Source: Camelus ferus (Eukaryota). Taken from it: a DNA stretch of 64,000 nt. The stretch lies in contig NC_045697.1 in assembly GCF_009834535.1 (NCBI RefSeq), positions 28,336,001 through 28,400,000 of the forward strand. Direction: 5' to 3'. The notes beneath the pieces are model-generated. The model had not been told where the DNA came from. It worked only from the letters and a program-made list of their open reading frames with translations, and ran no database searches. Shown piece by piece: positions 1-13,742 of this stretch (the first letter of the stretch is position 1; the number at the start of each line of letters is the position of its first letter). Both the position numbers and the translations under genes were made by a program.

Positions 1-3000
1 AGAAAAAAAACAAAAATACATCACTTTCTTCTTGTAGGTCAGCTTTAACATTATAGGTATAAAATGTCACGCCTAAAAGGGAGCCTCTTTTCACAGCCTT
101 CTCTATTAGAGATCTCTTTACAATAGTGGAGGGTAACACAGCTACTCTCTAAATTTTTGGCTTAGAATACATGGGTTTAAACTTAACAATGTCTTCAAGC
201 TATAGAGCCAAAAACTATACTATACCTAAACACAAATATAATTGTATAAACATTTTCATAGATACTGAGTAAAAATGTAATATGAAGTATTCTATATGAA
301 ATATCAAGTATGTTTTCATTGTACTAAGCAAAAATTGTACAAGGTCCGTTTCTCTACTAGACACAAAATAAATAGCTCTCCAAGCTCCTTGGAAAGCAGG
401 AGCAATTCTAGTGAAATAGTCATGCAAAAAGGAAAAAAAAAATCAACTTGCTTGATTTGACACTTATTTAGTGCCCTGTGATTTGTGCACTTCTCCAAAC
501 TTCCTATAGTTATGAGAAAAACACCAAAAAAGTAAATTCATGATCCTGGGCATAAAGATATTTCTTATCAATATAGAGGATTTCATCAAGGTGAATATAG
601 GAAAATAAATAGATATTCTATAAAGTCACAGGCATATCTGAAGGCATTCTGTCATCTTGGCTTGATTACACTAGAAAATCTGAAGAAAGCAGCAGTCCTG
701 CTGTCTCCACATTATGACTTCTGAGCAAGCTGTCTTAAGACCCCTTCAGCTAGCCCTTGATATTTCGAAGGCTATATTCCAATATATTTTGAAGAAAGAA
801 GGCAAAGAAGGCCAAGGATTAGAACAATGCAACTAGCTCCCTGACAAAGATAGTCATTTACCAGGTGTTGCTGTGACCATCCTCACATAAAATAAATATC
901 TTACGATCCTACACAGTGTGTAGAGGTGAAACATTCCAAATAAAGTTATGGTTGTTTTCCTTTTTTAACATTTGTTCTTGTTTTCTAATGAGCCTAAATT
1001 TGTTCTGCCTTGTCAGAAGCCAAAGGCAAAACTGTGTTCTCTTCTCCCTAGAAACTTATAATAAAATAATGACAAATAGATCTAACTCAAATTTCTGTGA
1101 CCTAGTTGAAAATCATGGGCAATTGAACACTCAGAATTTCCCCCCAGGATACCTGACTCCTTCTAAAAACATCATTTATTTTTATTTATATACAACATAA
1201 CCTCAAATGTGGTAACAATCACCAAGAAAACTAGCATTATCCAGTGCAGAGCAGAGGAATTGCCTGGAAGAGAAGATTGCTTTGCCACTTTGAGTTAGGT
1301 ACATTCATTTATTTAGAAGGAAAACAAATGAAAGAGTAAGAAAATAATGGGCAGGTTTCTAAAACAATCTAATTCTGAAGTTCCCACTGCAGAGAGTTTG
1401 GGATTCTGATTTTTTTTTTCCCTTCAGTCTGAAATACACAGAAACCAACAGACACCATGCCAGAGAAATCTGGTTATAGAGATTAAAAATAATTTATTTT
1501 GCAACAAGTCAAAAACCAAAAAGAGAATCTGAGTGTGTAGAGCCTTTTTCTACTAAGTTCCTTTCTGAAACTTCCTTGAGTCAAAAATTCATACTGTCAT
1601 TTTGGTTGTGGACATAGAGAAAGGTTCACGCATGTTCAGTCTTCAATAAATACTCGTTAATTAAGTGGATGGAAGAGAAACTACACATACCATCGCTGCA
1701 CCAGTTATGAGGTGTGAGAACCAGACATTTTGTGGTGAATCACAAAATGATTTATGTGGTGAATAAGATATACTGCAGTATAATGAAATAAAACTGAGAC
1801 TGCTCATCTTTAATCAAGAAATTGGAGATATCATGATTCTTTACTAATAAATCCTCTTAGAATCAAATGGAATTGATTATATGTTAAGAATAAAGCTATT
1901 TAATAATTCATGAGGTCTAGTGAGGTAGGTAAGTAACATTAAGACAAAAAGTACTAGTTTGTGCTGTGATGTTATCTACCACATAAGTGCTAAGTCCCCA
2001 CGAGAGCAGGAATACCGTCCATGGAAAGTCACAGCTGGTTTTAATTACTGGGAAAGCAATGAAGAAGAAAATGGAACATTTCACTACTTACGCTCCTCCT
2101 TCCTCCACTGCTTCTCCCAGAAAAAGAAAAAGGTTTGGCCTTAGCGGGGGGAAGGCTGGACAACTGGCCACAGGTACTCTATCCAGAGCTTCTTACAACT
2201 CTAAGGCATGAAACAGGCAATAGGAGGAAACCTGACTGGTGAAAAAGGTTACGAGAGTGGTTCAGCAATGCAATTCCCCACTTCCGTTCCCATTCTACTT
2301 CCCTGCACAGGGGAGGATTAACAATGCTGATTTCAGTATTAAGTCCAAGTATAAATCACCTATATATTATTTTATTAGTACTTAAATTAATGACATTTTC
2401 ATAATGTAATCCTACTTCCTTAGCATTCTGGAATACAATCCTGTGTCTCTCATGGTTTTACAAGTGCCCGACAACAAAATACGTGTTAACAGAACAAACA
2501 ACAGTCTGTTCTTTTTCAAAGATGCTTCAGACACTCAATAATCATTCCAGACACCCTAGTGCTTCATTTTTCACTATGTCCTTTTCAATTCTCCTTCTCC
2601 ATATGCCACTGAATTCTTTTCAGGTCTCAAATATGCACTACGGAAAAAGGACTGAAGAACAAACCAGGCAAAAATGCTTATAAGAAAGCATCTAGCTCTA
2701 ATAACGTTTTAGTCAAAATGAATTTGTGAATAAAATTGCTAAAGCAATGAGTAACCTCTGAATCATCATATAAAATGGAAGAAGTCTCTAAAGATTAAAG
2801 AAGAGAAATGGAGTCCTAATTGTCAAAAAGAGAAAGACACAACCACAGAACTATAGAAGTAGAAAGGGTTGGTGACAATTCTCTGCAACAATATCAAGAG
2901 CAGGTCAAAAAGAAGAGTATTTAACTGAAGCAGATAGAGATTCACTGAAAATCAACTATGCTGGCTTAAGTCACCATTTATTTTATGAGTTACGGGACTA

Positions 3001-3079
3001 GTAGATGAGGTAAATACTAGAAACAAGGATGTCAGGACTTCAACAAAGCATCTACCAAATTCTCTTCCAATAGGCTGTG

Positions 3080-3290
3080 GCAGGGTTCTCACCCTCAGCA
3101 TTATTTACATTTTGAGGCAAATATTTGTTTGTTGTAGGGAGCTCTCCTGTGCACTGTAGCATGTTTAATAGCATCTCTGGCCTCTACTAACTAGATGCCA
3201 CAGAACCTGCCAGTTGTGATGATCAAAAATATCTCCATATATGCCAAAGGTCCTCTGGGAGGCAAAATCACCCTTGATTAAGAGGCAATG
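3080..3290 (+). mobile_element. MER20-like hAT-Charlie DNA transposon
   Basis: Resembles the MER20 consensus (tcctgtgcactgtagcatgtttaatagcatctctggcctctac); homologous to the copy at 50670-50908. Confidence 0.75.
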
Positions 3291-3763
3291 AATGATGGCA
3301 AGATGGAGAAATACAAGGAAAGTAACAGTAGTTACTAAGATTCATAAGCAATTGAACAGCTTATTCATAAGGCATTGAAAAGCTGTATCCAGGGTACAGA
3401 TAATGAATTAGGTCGATTTTGAAAAAGGTTTCTTTACATGTCCCTTAATACTAAACAATTTTACTGCTGAATCAGAAAGAGATACATAATAGATTTATCG
3501 AATTTGTAGATTAGATATATATCAGCTAATATGAAAAAAATAAGTGAATGAGGGACATCCAAAGAACTACCGGATTCTTCCAGAGTGAAGCTTTGTGCAA
3601 CCTTAGATTGAAAATTGATTCTCTGAGAATAAGCTTTTTTAAAGTAAGTCTTAAAGCAAACCCAAATATTAAGTAGTTTTGAAGATCAAATGAGACAGAT
3701 AGGAAATATAAATCATAAATGATGCTATTCCATTTCATGAAGTCAGTAAAAAAAAGTATTTTG

Positions 3764-3814
3764 CTGTACACCAGAAATTCACACAACATTGTAAACTGAC
3801 TATACCTCAATTTA
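3764..3814 (+). mobile_element. Very short 5'-truncated L1 3' end
   Basis: ctgtacaccagaaattcacacaacattgtaaactgactatac plus A tail, TSD aaaaaaaagtattttg (3748-3763 / 3815-3830); the same 3' motif occurs at 12.5, 29.5 and 58.3 kb. Confidence 0.8.
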
Positions 3815-5831
3815 AAAAAAAAGTATTTTGAAAAAATTTTATAAAAGTGTACAAGACAAAATTGGTTTTAACATTATTCTCATAGAATTCTCCCTGCCTT
3901 TCACTGTGGACACAAGGGTCTCAAAATAAGAGATTCCAACACAGAAGATACTGTAATTATGAAAATACAAGGTAAAATACTAGGTAGTATTAATCTGGGG
4001 TAAGTAACTGTGAAATTTTAAACTGAACTTTAAAAGTAGATTTTCTCTTATAAATATAATTCTATAAATATAATCTCAAATCTCTCCTTCTCCCAGGAAA
4101 TGTGTCTTGAACCTCCAAAAGTTACCTCTCTAATGTCTAAATATCCTTGGAAGATATTTTTATCACTGTTTGTTGTTTCCTTATATTACAATTTTTATGT
4201 AAAAGGTATATCTTCCCAATAGACTTTAAGCCCTTGAAGACACGACTAAGCTTTATTCTTCTACCTATTTCATAGATTGTCCAGTACAGTGCTGTGCAGT
4301 GAACACATCACATCTGCTAAATAAATTAATGAGAACTTAATACTGTTAAATAAAAGTATACAAATTTAAAATTTTTAAAAATAGATGACAGAATCAGGAT
4401 ACAAAAGCCTGGAATCTAACAAGATAAAAACATAAGCGTTTACTTCAGAAAGAAATTTAATGAGGATAAATGTAAAGGGCTTGAGAAGCAGAAAGTGGAA
4501 GCGCTGCTCTATTCTTCATTATACAGATAGATAAACTACATTCTTAAAATGAATGCCACTGAACCTCAAGAGATACTATTGTCTTCTAAGTGATTATATT
4601 TTCATTGTGAATTGCCTACTTACTGATAGTTAATTAGGTTCTATTGTAATGAAGCATAACTAAGTATGTTCACATCAATAATCCAATATCCAAAATAAGA
4701 GTATGAGAAAAATTGAGTGCATCCTATTAAATTCTATACAGAAGTTTAAAAGAATGAGATAGGGATCTTTCTGTATCGAAGGAAAGAAAGAATAGGGTTG
4801 GGGGGACATGGAGGGAGGGAAGGAAAGAGGAAAGGGAGGGAGATGAAACACATTAAGTTATGAAAAAGCAAGCTGGAGAAATGTTACAAGATGCCACTCT
4901 CAAATATGTGTATGTATATATGTACACATGTATTTGTGTGTGTGTGTGTATGTATATCTGTTTTAATTTATATAGCTATGTAAGGTAAAAGGGATGAATG
5001 AGGGAATGGAACATTTTATCTAAATTGTTTAATTCTTTTCAGTGAGAATGTGTTACTTAGATAATTTAAATAATATTAATCTAAATAGTCATCCCCCAAA
5101 ATGCTAAACTTAGTTTCTTTTATAGTCTTAGTGCACAAATCAATACTAATTTTTGAACAAGTATGATCAATAAAATATAATATACAGTTCTTAAGTTTCC
5201 TTTCACTTCAAGGAAATTTTCCATCTCAGTCACTCTAGGTTTCCCTGAAAACGGTCTAAGAAAAGCTCTCTACCCTATACAAAATCTATTTCTATTTAAC
5301 TGGTACACAAAACTACATGTCTCTAAAAATTAGCAAAAAGAATGTTATACACCACCTCCAATAATATTTTCTGCTACTATTTCCCCAAGTCACAAGTCAC
5401 TGACACTACCTGGTAACCTGGAGAACACTACATTCCCAGTTCTTTCCCATTTAATGTCCCTGAAATAATCCTAACTTCAAGAGCACTATCTGCCTCTGGA
5501 ATTATGTGCTTAATGAAAATTTACAGTCGTAAACTATTCTCAAGACAGGGAAAACCAACACTATTTTCAACCAAGCACCAGCAGCCCCTGATGAAATTGC
5601 ATAATAAAAGGTCATCTATGCCAAACAAAACTCAAGGTCTCTTGCTTCATTCAACAGCTAAAAGTAAATATATTTACCTAGTACAAGTATTTGGGTTTTT
5701 ACCAAGCTACAAGAACATTTTACTACACAGTCAATGGTTAGCTATGAAGATATTTACAAGCAATTTTTTTCCTTTTCCTGTAATTTGGGAAACTACTGTA
5801 GTTAATGTACTTTAAAAATCAGTAAGTAATA

Positions 5832-5919
5832 GGGGGGATGGGTATAGTTCAATGGTAGAATGCACTGCTTAGCATGCACGAGGTCCTGGGTTCAAACCCA
5901 GGTACTTCCATTAAAAAAA
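5832..5919 (+). mobile_element. tRNA-derived SINE (camelid vic-1-like)
   Basis: A box (tagttcaatggta), B box (ggttcaaaccc), poly-A tail, 18-bp TSD aaaaatcagtaagtaata (5814-5831 / 5920-5937). Confidence 0.85.
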
Positions 5920-6119
5920 AAAAATCAGTAAGTAATAAAAGACAAATTTAATCAAACAAAGTGACAGTGAAAAGTGTGTCATGGAGTTAAATGATAAGCC
6001 TAAAGTTCTATATAATAAAATAGCCTAAAGAACCATATACTAATATAAACAAATGTACCTGAAGTAGGTTATTTTCTAAAGTAAGGTTATTTCATAAATA
6101 TGTGTCTCGTTTATAAGTC

Positions 6120-6380
6120 ATGTGTAATAGGAATAAAATGTGAGCCACATTCAAAAAAAAGTAAAAAGAAACTAGTGAAATTAATTTTAATAATATATTT
6201 CACTTATTCCAACATACTCAAATTATTATTTCAGCATGTAATCAATGCTGAAAAATTATTCCTAAGATGATTTATCTTTTTCTTTTGTACTAAGTCTTTG
6301 AAATCTGTACCTCCCATGTACAACACTCTCAAGTGCTCAATAGCGACATGTAACTAGCAGTGCCCTTACTGGACAGCAAA
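6120..6380 (+). mobile_element. MER33-like hAT-Charlie element
   Basis: tgagccacatt...gtgaaattaattttaataatatattt...aagtgctcaatagc...ggacagc resembles MER33. Confidence 0.7.
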
Positions 6381-6519
6381 CGTCTATGACATAAGTGGGT
6401 CAAATATAATTTCTAAATTTCTAAAGCACAGTTATATAATCAAAAAAAGCCCTATAGGAACTTAAGCAAAAGCAAATTTAAAGGCAGATGTAGGCATACA
6501 ATAAAGTCAAAATACAAGA

Positions 6520-6740
6520 ATAACAGTTAATACTTACTGAGCACTTACTATGTACCAGATCCTATTTTAAGTGCTTTTCAAGTATTATCTCATTTGATCA
6601 GCACAAAAACTCTGACCTAGGCACTTGTAATATCCCCATTTTACCAACAGGGAAACTAAGACATGGGGAAGGCAAATGAAGGTTTAACCCAGGCAAGAGG
6701 TTTAACTCAAGAGCTCATGCTCTTAAACACTACACATGCT
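6520..6740 (-). mobile_element. MIR SINE
   Basis: acttactgagcacttactatgtaccag...tatccccattttacc...gaaactaag core. Confidence 0.7.
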
Positions 6741-9700
6741 GTACTTCAAGAAAAATAAAAAATAATTTTTAAAGTTGGCTTATAAAAAGTATGGAATAGT
6801 AAAAGCAAAATTAATTCTTTTGTAATTAACAGGTTTTTAAAACTGAATCTTGTCATATAATCTTTCTTCATAAGAAGTTCCAAATCTCAAAACAAAAAAA
6901 AATTACAACTAAAAGGTTAGAATTTTTATTTGTAAACTACCACAATACTTTATTTAACCTTATACTGGTAGTGATAATATTTACATTTACAATGTGAATA
7001 TTTACTCATAATCAGCATTGAAAAATTATACTTTTAGCTTAAAGAAAGAATTATTTTAATGTCAAGCAATTTCTAATTAATTTATTAATTTCAAGAAGCT
7101 ACAATTTTCTTTTTTTAAAACTCATTATATCTCTGATTTTATTATGCTAATTTTATTGCAGACCTCCTTCTAACAGTCTCATTCTCTTTACAAAGGGAAG
7201 GAAAAGGGCTTATCTTCTTCCCATCCACCTGTCATTTCAAGGCATCAAAAAGTCTGAAAGGATAAAATAGGTAAGAAAACGGCTAGCTTCTTTCCTGTAT
7301 CCCAACATCATATTAGATGGGTATACTGTACCAAGATTTTTTGCTAAAACAGGGGACAACATTCATTTCCACATATACATTCCCTTGGCAGAATGACAAA
7401 AACACTGCCTAATGTTCATAAAAATTTCAGATAAAATGCTGGTTATCTCTTCAGAAAATAACATTCAGAAACACCTGGTCTGAAATAAACAGCCCTGTGT
7501 TAAAGAAAATCTGTGGTCAGAGCTTAAATTGTCTGACCCTTCTGTGTACTTAAAATCACAAGATAATGATAACCTTGCTCCACAGGTGAAGGCCATAGCT
7601 GTCTGCACACTAACTTTGACCTTTTCAGGGTGTCATTGGAAAGCCTGATCACACCATCTTCAGTTACATAATAAACCTATCACCAAACTGTTTTTAGCAT
7701 CCCTCCCACATATGCAAAACCTGACAAAAGTGGCCAGATCTAAGAGGGGGGCTTTTTAACAGAAGAGTGCATTTACACAAGATGCTTGAGCAGATATTTA
7801 GCAACAGAACTGAAAGGTTCAAGAGTCAATCTACTACATGCCATAAAGAAATATTTCAGTGTAAAAAAAAAATTTTATAGAAAATATGCTCATGTCACTT
7901 ATTTTGTCTTTGATCATTTAAACAACTTTATTAAATATGTTAATATTTAATGATGAGCTATAAAGCTCATCTATGGACTTTTGTTTTTATTTTTCCCTTT
8001 TGACAGCCTATCATTTATGTTTTGGGCACTGGGTCTGGCCCTTTCATATGCCTCCTCCCATTAAGTTTTCCGAACTAGCCTATTCAATTGGTGTTTCTGC
8101 TTTAATAGAAAGGGAGAAAAGACTCCCTTTAGCCCACACAGCTATTAGATGGGAACCAAGAATGTACCCCCCAGGCAGAGCTTCTGACCGTCTTCCGGTC
8201 TCAGGTTCTTTCTACAACATAAGGACTTCTTTCCTGTTTCCTTCCCTACTTAATTATCAGTTTATCTACAATGAGTACCTTCACACTCTCAAGTAACAGC
8301 CCATACATGTAAGCAAATTCCAATCACATTAAAACATTAGAGGTAATTGCATGGTATGTAAATTATATCTCAATAAAGCTGTTGTTTAAAAAAATTTTTT
8401 TAATGTAAGCATGCTAATAACATCAACTCTCCAATTATTCTAATAGGAGACCATGGATAGCATGGCTGAAGAAAGCCCATAGGTAATCCAAAAATCTAAT
8501 CTACAACTCATCCCTCAAAATGTTTACAGATCAGTCTCTTACTATTGTTAACTTTTTAAGACTCTCATTACTTCAATCCTAGATTATAGGAAATGCCTTA
8601 ACCTCCCTAATTATGATTTTTCTATTCTCCTTCCCACCCTAAATGCTCACAATCTAGCAATCACTCAAACACTATTTTCATCATTCCATAACTCTGTTCA
8701 AAAACTTTATAGGTTCCCTTTTCTCTGCTATATTAAGTTCCTCTGCCTAGCTTTCAAGGTCTTCCCTAAACCAGTTTCATCTACCTCCTACTACCCCTCA
8801 TCATGTGGGCAATCTCTATGGTGTCCTACAAACATATCAAGCCTTGTGCTGGATGCTGTGCCTTAAATAATCCCATCCTATTAACCTGACATGTTCTTTC
8901 CCTCCATCACCTGCTCATCCTTCAAGGGTCAGATCAAATTTTACCCTCTCCATCAAGCCCTCTTCCTGACTATCGTATATAGCAGCCTCAGGTAATTCCT
9001 ACAGTATTAATAAGTCTTTAGTCATCTTTTATCCCCAGGACCTAGTATCCAGGATGTAAAAGACTATACATAAATGTTCGTTGAATATATGTTGTAACAT
9101 GCTGTGCCAAAATAATTGTGGTTTTTACCCTGTCTCTTCAAACCAAGTGTATTCACTAGCAATATAAGTAGCAGAGTGCTAAAAATAACGGTGTCAGAGG
9201 TTTTCCTCAAGGTGAACAAATCAATGAGGTATCAGATGCTCTAATGGCCCCTTCAAGCGTTTCTATACAGGAATTGATTCAACAAACTCTATGAATTTGA
9301 AAATGGTCTCCTCTAGGAGTTAACAATGCTAAAATCAAATGACTTTACAATGACCTATTCTATGTCTTTTTCCCTAAGATGACAATATAATTCAGGGCTT
9401 ATCACCATAAAAGAATACTATCTATGAAACAATTATTTATACTATGAAATCTTAAGGTTAGTGTACATTTATAAATGTCTTTTGCTTTTTGACCACTCAA
9501 AACAGATCAAATAAATGTAAGTATAAAGAACAATCATTTTTTGAAAAGCCAGTGCTAAAATCTTTAGTGTCACTAGATAATACAAGGAATTTGCATCACA
9601 TCTGTGCTAGATTATAAACCACAAATATGAATAAACATTATATACTTAGATTGTTATGACTTTAGCCCAAGATAAAAAACAACATAAAAAAATTTTAAAA

Positions 9701-9993
9701 CAACCTGGTAATATTTCAATACCTGATTCAAGATAGAGTTTCAATATATATGATTCAATATGGAGCACTTAAAAAAAATTTCAAGAGCCAATTCCCCTGT
9801 AATTGGCCCTTAACCCACAGAAAATGCCAAAGGTAATTACAGCCTTTCCCTGGTAAGTATAATTCAACAAAGAAAAAAGGGAGCTGAAATTCAGTTCAAA
9901 GTAAAGGAGGTACATTTAGATTCCAATGAGAAACTCAACAACATAACACACACTATTTCTCTCTGAAATAATAAACATACTCAGTACCCTTAC

Positions 9994-10116
9994 CTGTTTC
10001 TGAAATGTATGTAACAGGATCCTGGTGTCTAATTTTAGCAGGTTTAGAAGTCAGTGGCAATTTTTCTGATTGCTTTTTGGTGTTTTTTACCTGCATTGTT
10101 TCCTCTGATTCTGAAT
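9994..10116 (-). CDS. RFC1: RFC1 exon 4 (123 bp); exon 5 was not found in the window
   Basis: ttcag|ATTCAG...GAAACAG|gtaagg; translates (D)SESEETMQVKNTKKQSEKLPLTSKPAKIRHQDPVTYISET, phase 1/1, contiguous with exon 3. Confidence 0.95.
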
Positions 10117-10267
10117 CTGAACACAACAGGTAAATAAACAAAACTTTGAAAAGAAATAGTATAATACAGTGTGTTTTTACAAAGGTTATTAACCAATTCC
10201 TCAAGACCATTTTCAAGGCAAATCTCTTTTATAAATTCTCATAGGTTACTTCAACCCACTTGGGCTT

Positions 10268-10782
10268 TTGTTATTACTTTTCTGTTGCTGCTATAACAAA
10301 TCAGCACAAACTTAGTGGCTTAAAACAACACAAATATATTATCTTACAGTTCTGGAGGTTACAAATCCAATTTGGGTCTCACTGGGCTAAAATCAAGTAC
10401 CAGGAAGGCTGTGATCCTCTCTGGATACTCAAGGGAAAAATCCATTTCCTTGCCTTTTCCAGTTTCTAGTGACAGCCAGCATTCCTTAGCTCACTGGCCC
10501 CCTCCTCCTTCGTCTTCAAAACCTACAACATTAGGCAAGTTCTTTTCATGCTGCCATCTGATTCTCTGACCTTCTTCCATAGTCAGTCTCTCTCTAAATT
10601 TCTTCATCTGCCTCCCTCTCCCTGTGAATATAGGGCCCACCCAGATAATCTCCCTACTTCTAGGTCATCTGATTATCAACCTTAATGTCACCTGCAATTT
10701 TAATTTCCTTTTGCCATATAACCCAACATATTCATAGGTTCTAGTGTGGATATCTTTGGGAGCCATTATTCTGTCTACCACA
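10268..10782 (-). mobile_element. MLT1 (ERVL-MaLR) solo LTR
   Basis: gctgctataacaaat..cacaaacttagtggcttaaaacaac...ttacagttctggagg...ccattattctgtctaccaca, typical of reverse-oriented MLT1. Confidence 0.8.
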
Positions 10783-11265
10783 ATCTAATCACCCAGAACA
10801 TTTAAATGTAAATCAAGACAAAGTAGAAGTATCTAGTATATGCCTGGTACAATGGGAGTTTCATAAACTTTAGTATCCTTTCTCTTCTTCTCACCATGCA
10901 TTTACAAATCCTGTCTCATGCTGTTCAAAACTGTACCAAACAATTAAATTTCCACTTTCCCAAAAGATGGAAACTCTGGGGGAATGGGGGTATGTACTTA
11001 TTTCAAATTCTTTACAATATACAGCAGCATAAGACTCACAATAAACACTCAATTACTTTTAGATTTGAGTCAGAAACTTTGCCATCACTGTCAAAATCCT
11101 GACAATCTATAAATGCTTCCTTATGTTATATTTTTAATTTTAAAAATTCACACCAGATAGATCTTGTCCAAAACAGCAAAACCTAAAAATTCCTGAGTTC
11201 TACCATTATTTTAACATACCATAAAAGGCATGCATAAAAGTGTACAATTTCTATCTTTAAAAGTA

Positions 11266-11887
11266 CAGTCGACCCTTGAACATGGGTTTTAATTCTGCAG
11301 GTCCATTTATACATGAATTTTTTCAATAAATATATTGGAAAAAAATTTGGAGATTTGCGATAATTTGAAAAAACTCACAAACCAATCACATAGCCTAGAA
11401 ATATTGAAAAAATTAAGAAAAGGTGTGTCATGAATGTATACAATATATGTAGATAATAGTCTATTCTTACATACATATAAGGTGATATTTAACACAAAAT
11501 TAGTATGTGTTAGTCTTCTATTTTGTACATTTGCTTTCAAAGAATAATATTACTGAACAGTATGCCTCTGTCTCATACAGGATACTGCATATCAGCCTAT
11601 GCACAGGTAAGTGTTTTTTTTTTAATGTAACAATGTTTCTAATACTATATTATGAATATGACTGTAATACTGTATGCCATGACAATTTTATAACGATTCA
11701 TTCATTAGTGAATAGCCTAGGCTACCATGAAGCAATTATTATTAATTGGCTGTTTATGTTATCAGCAAGGCTTCTGGTCAACAGCAGGCTATTAACAGTT
11801 TTTTGGAGGAGTCAAAAGTTATATGCAGATTTTCAACTTGGGGGAGAGGTCAGAGCCCCTACCCTCGCATTGTTCAAGGGTCAACTA
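11266..11887 (+). mobile_element. Tigger2-family non-autonomous DNA transposon
   Basis: Terminal inverted repeats cagtcgacccttgaac / gttcaagggtcaacta, preceded by a TA target site. Confidence 0.8.
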
Positions 11888-12339
11888 CATATTCAAAGAA
11901 AGTGTTTTAATTGTGTTTGATTCTTTTTAAATGCAACAGAAAAGGACCAGATTAAAAGCATAAAAATTAAATTTTAGATCTTTGTTTCTGAAGCAATATT
12001 TTAAGGCACTATTTTAAAATTCAGTTTTCAAGAAACTCAGCTGAAAGAAAATAGGTATTTTTAAAAATAAATATACCATATTCAAATTAAGTTTGAGACA
12101 TGCTATATATACTATATCCCTTTCTGAACAAAACTTTAATACATGAACATATTTAGGCTCTGATAAATTCAGTAGTGTAATAAAATTGTTTTCAACTTCA
12201 TTGGAACATAAAGCCCTCTTCTCAAAGCATCTAGTAACATCATAGAGAACTGTGTCTCAGAACATCAGTTTGGTAAACATTGTTCTAACAGATACAAAAT
12301 AATTTTTAAAACTTTAAAGCTTTTATACTGAAATATTAC

Positions 12340-12415
12340 CTGAATCATAAATGATCCTCTTTTTCTTGTTTGGTTGCTTCTGTCTGAAGTCATCATCTTT
12401 ACAGGAACTATTTAC
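12340..12415 (-). CDS. RFC1: RFC1 exon 3 (76 bp)
   Basis: tatag|GTAAAT...GATTCAG|gtaata; translates VNSSCKDDDFRQKQPNKKKRIIYDS plus 1 nt. Confidence 0.95.
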
Positions 12416-12454
12416 CTATAAACATTACAGTATAATTAGAACATAAACTATAGA

Positions 12455-12581
12455 AATGATCCCTGAAATGTGTATGTAAGACTGAACGATTACACTGTAC
12501 ACCAGAAATTGACATAACATTGTAAACTGACTATACTCCAAGAAAAAAAAAAAAAGAAAAACAGAAAGAAAAAGAAAAGAA
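12455..12581 (+). mobile_element. Short L1 3' end with an A/AAAAG-rich tail
   Basis: ctgtacaccagaaattgacataacattgtaaactgactatac followed by an A-rich tail. Confidence 0.75.
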
Positions 12582-12649
12582 CACGAAGAAGTCCATATAA
12601 CTTAGCTATTTTTTCCTCATTAGATTTGGGCTTATTAGTTCACAGCTGG

Positions 12650-12812
12650 AGAAACACTGCCCCCCAGGAGACATTTTTGCTTGTCATAACTGGGGTGGGG
12701 CTATTACCAGCATATAATGGGTAGACTAGGGATGCTACTAAACATTCTACAATGCACAGGGCACTCCTTAACAACTAAGAATTATCCAGCCCCAGACGTC
12801 AATAATGCCCTA
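12650..12812 (-). mobile_element. MER20-like fragment
   Basis: gggatgctactaaacattctacaatgcacagg is the reverse complement of the MER20 core. Confidence 0.65.
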
Positions 12813-12834
12813 ATTAGGCTAAAGAAAAGGCCAG

Positions 12835-13742
12835 ACTTATCATCAAAAAGACAAGAGATGACAAATACTGGCGTGGATGTGGAGAAAAGGGAAGCGTTGT
12901 GCACTGTCGGTAAGATTGTAAATTGGTACAGCCACTATGAAAACAGCATGGAGGTTCCCCCCAAAATTAAAAATAGACCTAACTACCATATGACCCAGCA
13001 ATTCTACTTTTGGGAATATACCCAAAGGAAACAAAAACACGAACTTAAAAAGATATCCACACCCACATGCTCATAGCAGCATTATTTACAATAGCCATGA
13101 CACCAAAACAACCTACTTGTCCATCAATGGATGAATGGATAAAGAAGTTGTGGTATATGTACTACCTCAATCACAGATAGATCCATAATAATGGAATACT
13201 ATTTAGCCATAAAAATTAGGTTATCCTACCATTTGCAACAACATGGATAGAACTTGAAAGTATTATGCTAAGTGAAATAAGTCAGGCAGAGAAAGACAAA
13301 TACTATATATCTCACTTGTATGTCAAATCTTTTAAAAAAACAAAACACAAACAAAAAAAACCTCATAACCAAACTCATAGAAAAAGAGATCAGATCTGTG
13401 GTTACCAGAGGCAGGAGGTCAGGGGAACTGGAGGAAGGTGGTCAAAAGGTACAGACTTCCGGTTTTAAGATAAATAAGTGCTAGGGATGTAATGTACAAC
13501 ATGAAGACTACAGTTAACACTGCTGTATGATATATAGGAAAGTTAAAAGAGTGGATCCTAACAGTTCTTAGCACAAGGAGAAATTTTTTCTTTCTTTTCT
13601 TTTTACTGTCTCTGAGATGATGGATGTTAAACCCATTGTGGTAATCATTTCATAATATGTGTAAATCAAACCATCATGCTGTACACTTCAAACTTAAACA
13701 ATCAAGCATGTCTATTATTTCTCAATAAAACTGGGGGAAAAA
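12835..13742 (+). mobile_element. L1 (L1MA/MB-type) ORF2 end and 3'UTR
   Basis: Decayed ORF2 C-terminus (TGVDVEKREALCTVG..VNWYSHYENSME; MLSEISQAEKDKY) ending ctcaataaaactgggggaaaaa. Confidence 0.85.

Noticed and set aside
4795..4840. G-quadruplex-like motif in RFC1 intron 4
   Set aside because: Purine-rich low-complexity sequence amid decayed repeats; such motifs are common and nothing supports function.
5832..5910. tRNA-like sequences (also at 20432 and 39934) as real tRNA genes
   Set aside because: They carry poly-A tails, two have clear TSDs, and the copies are diverged; they are SINEs.
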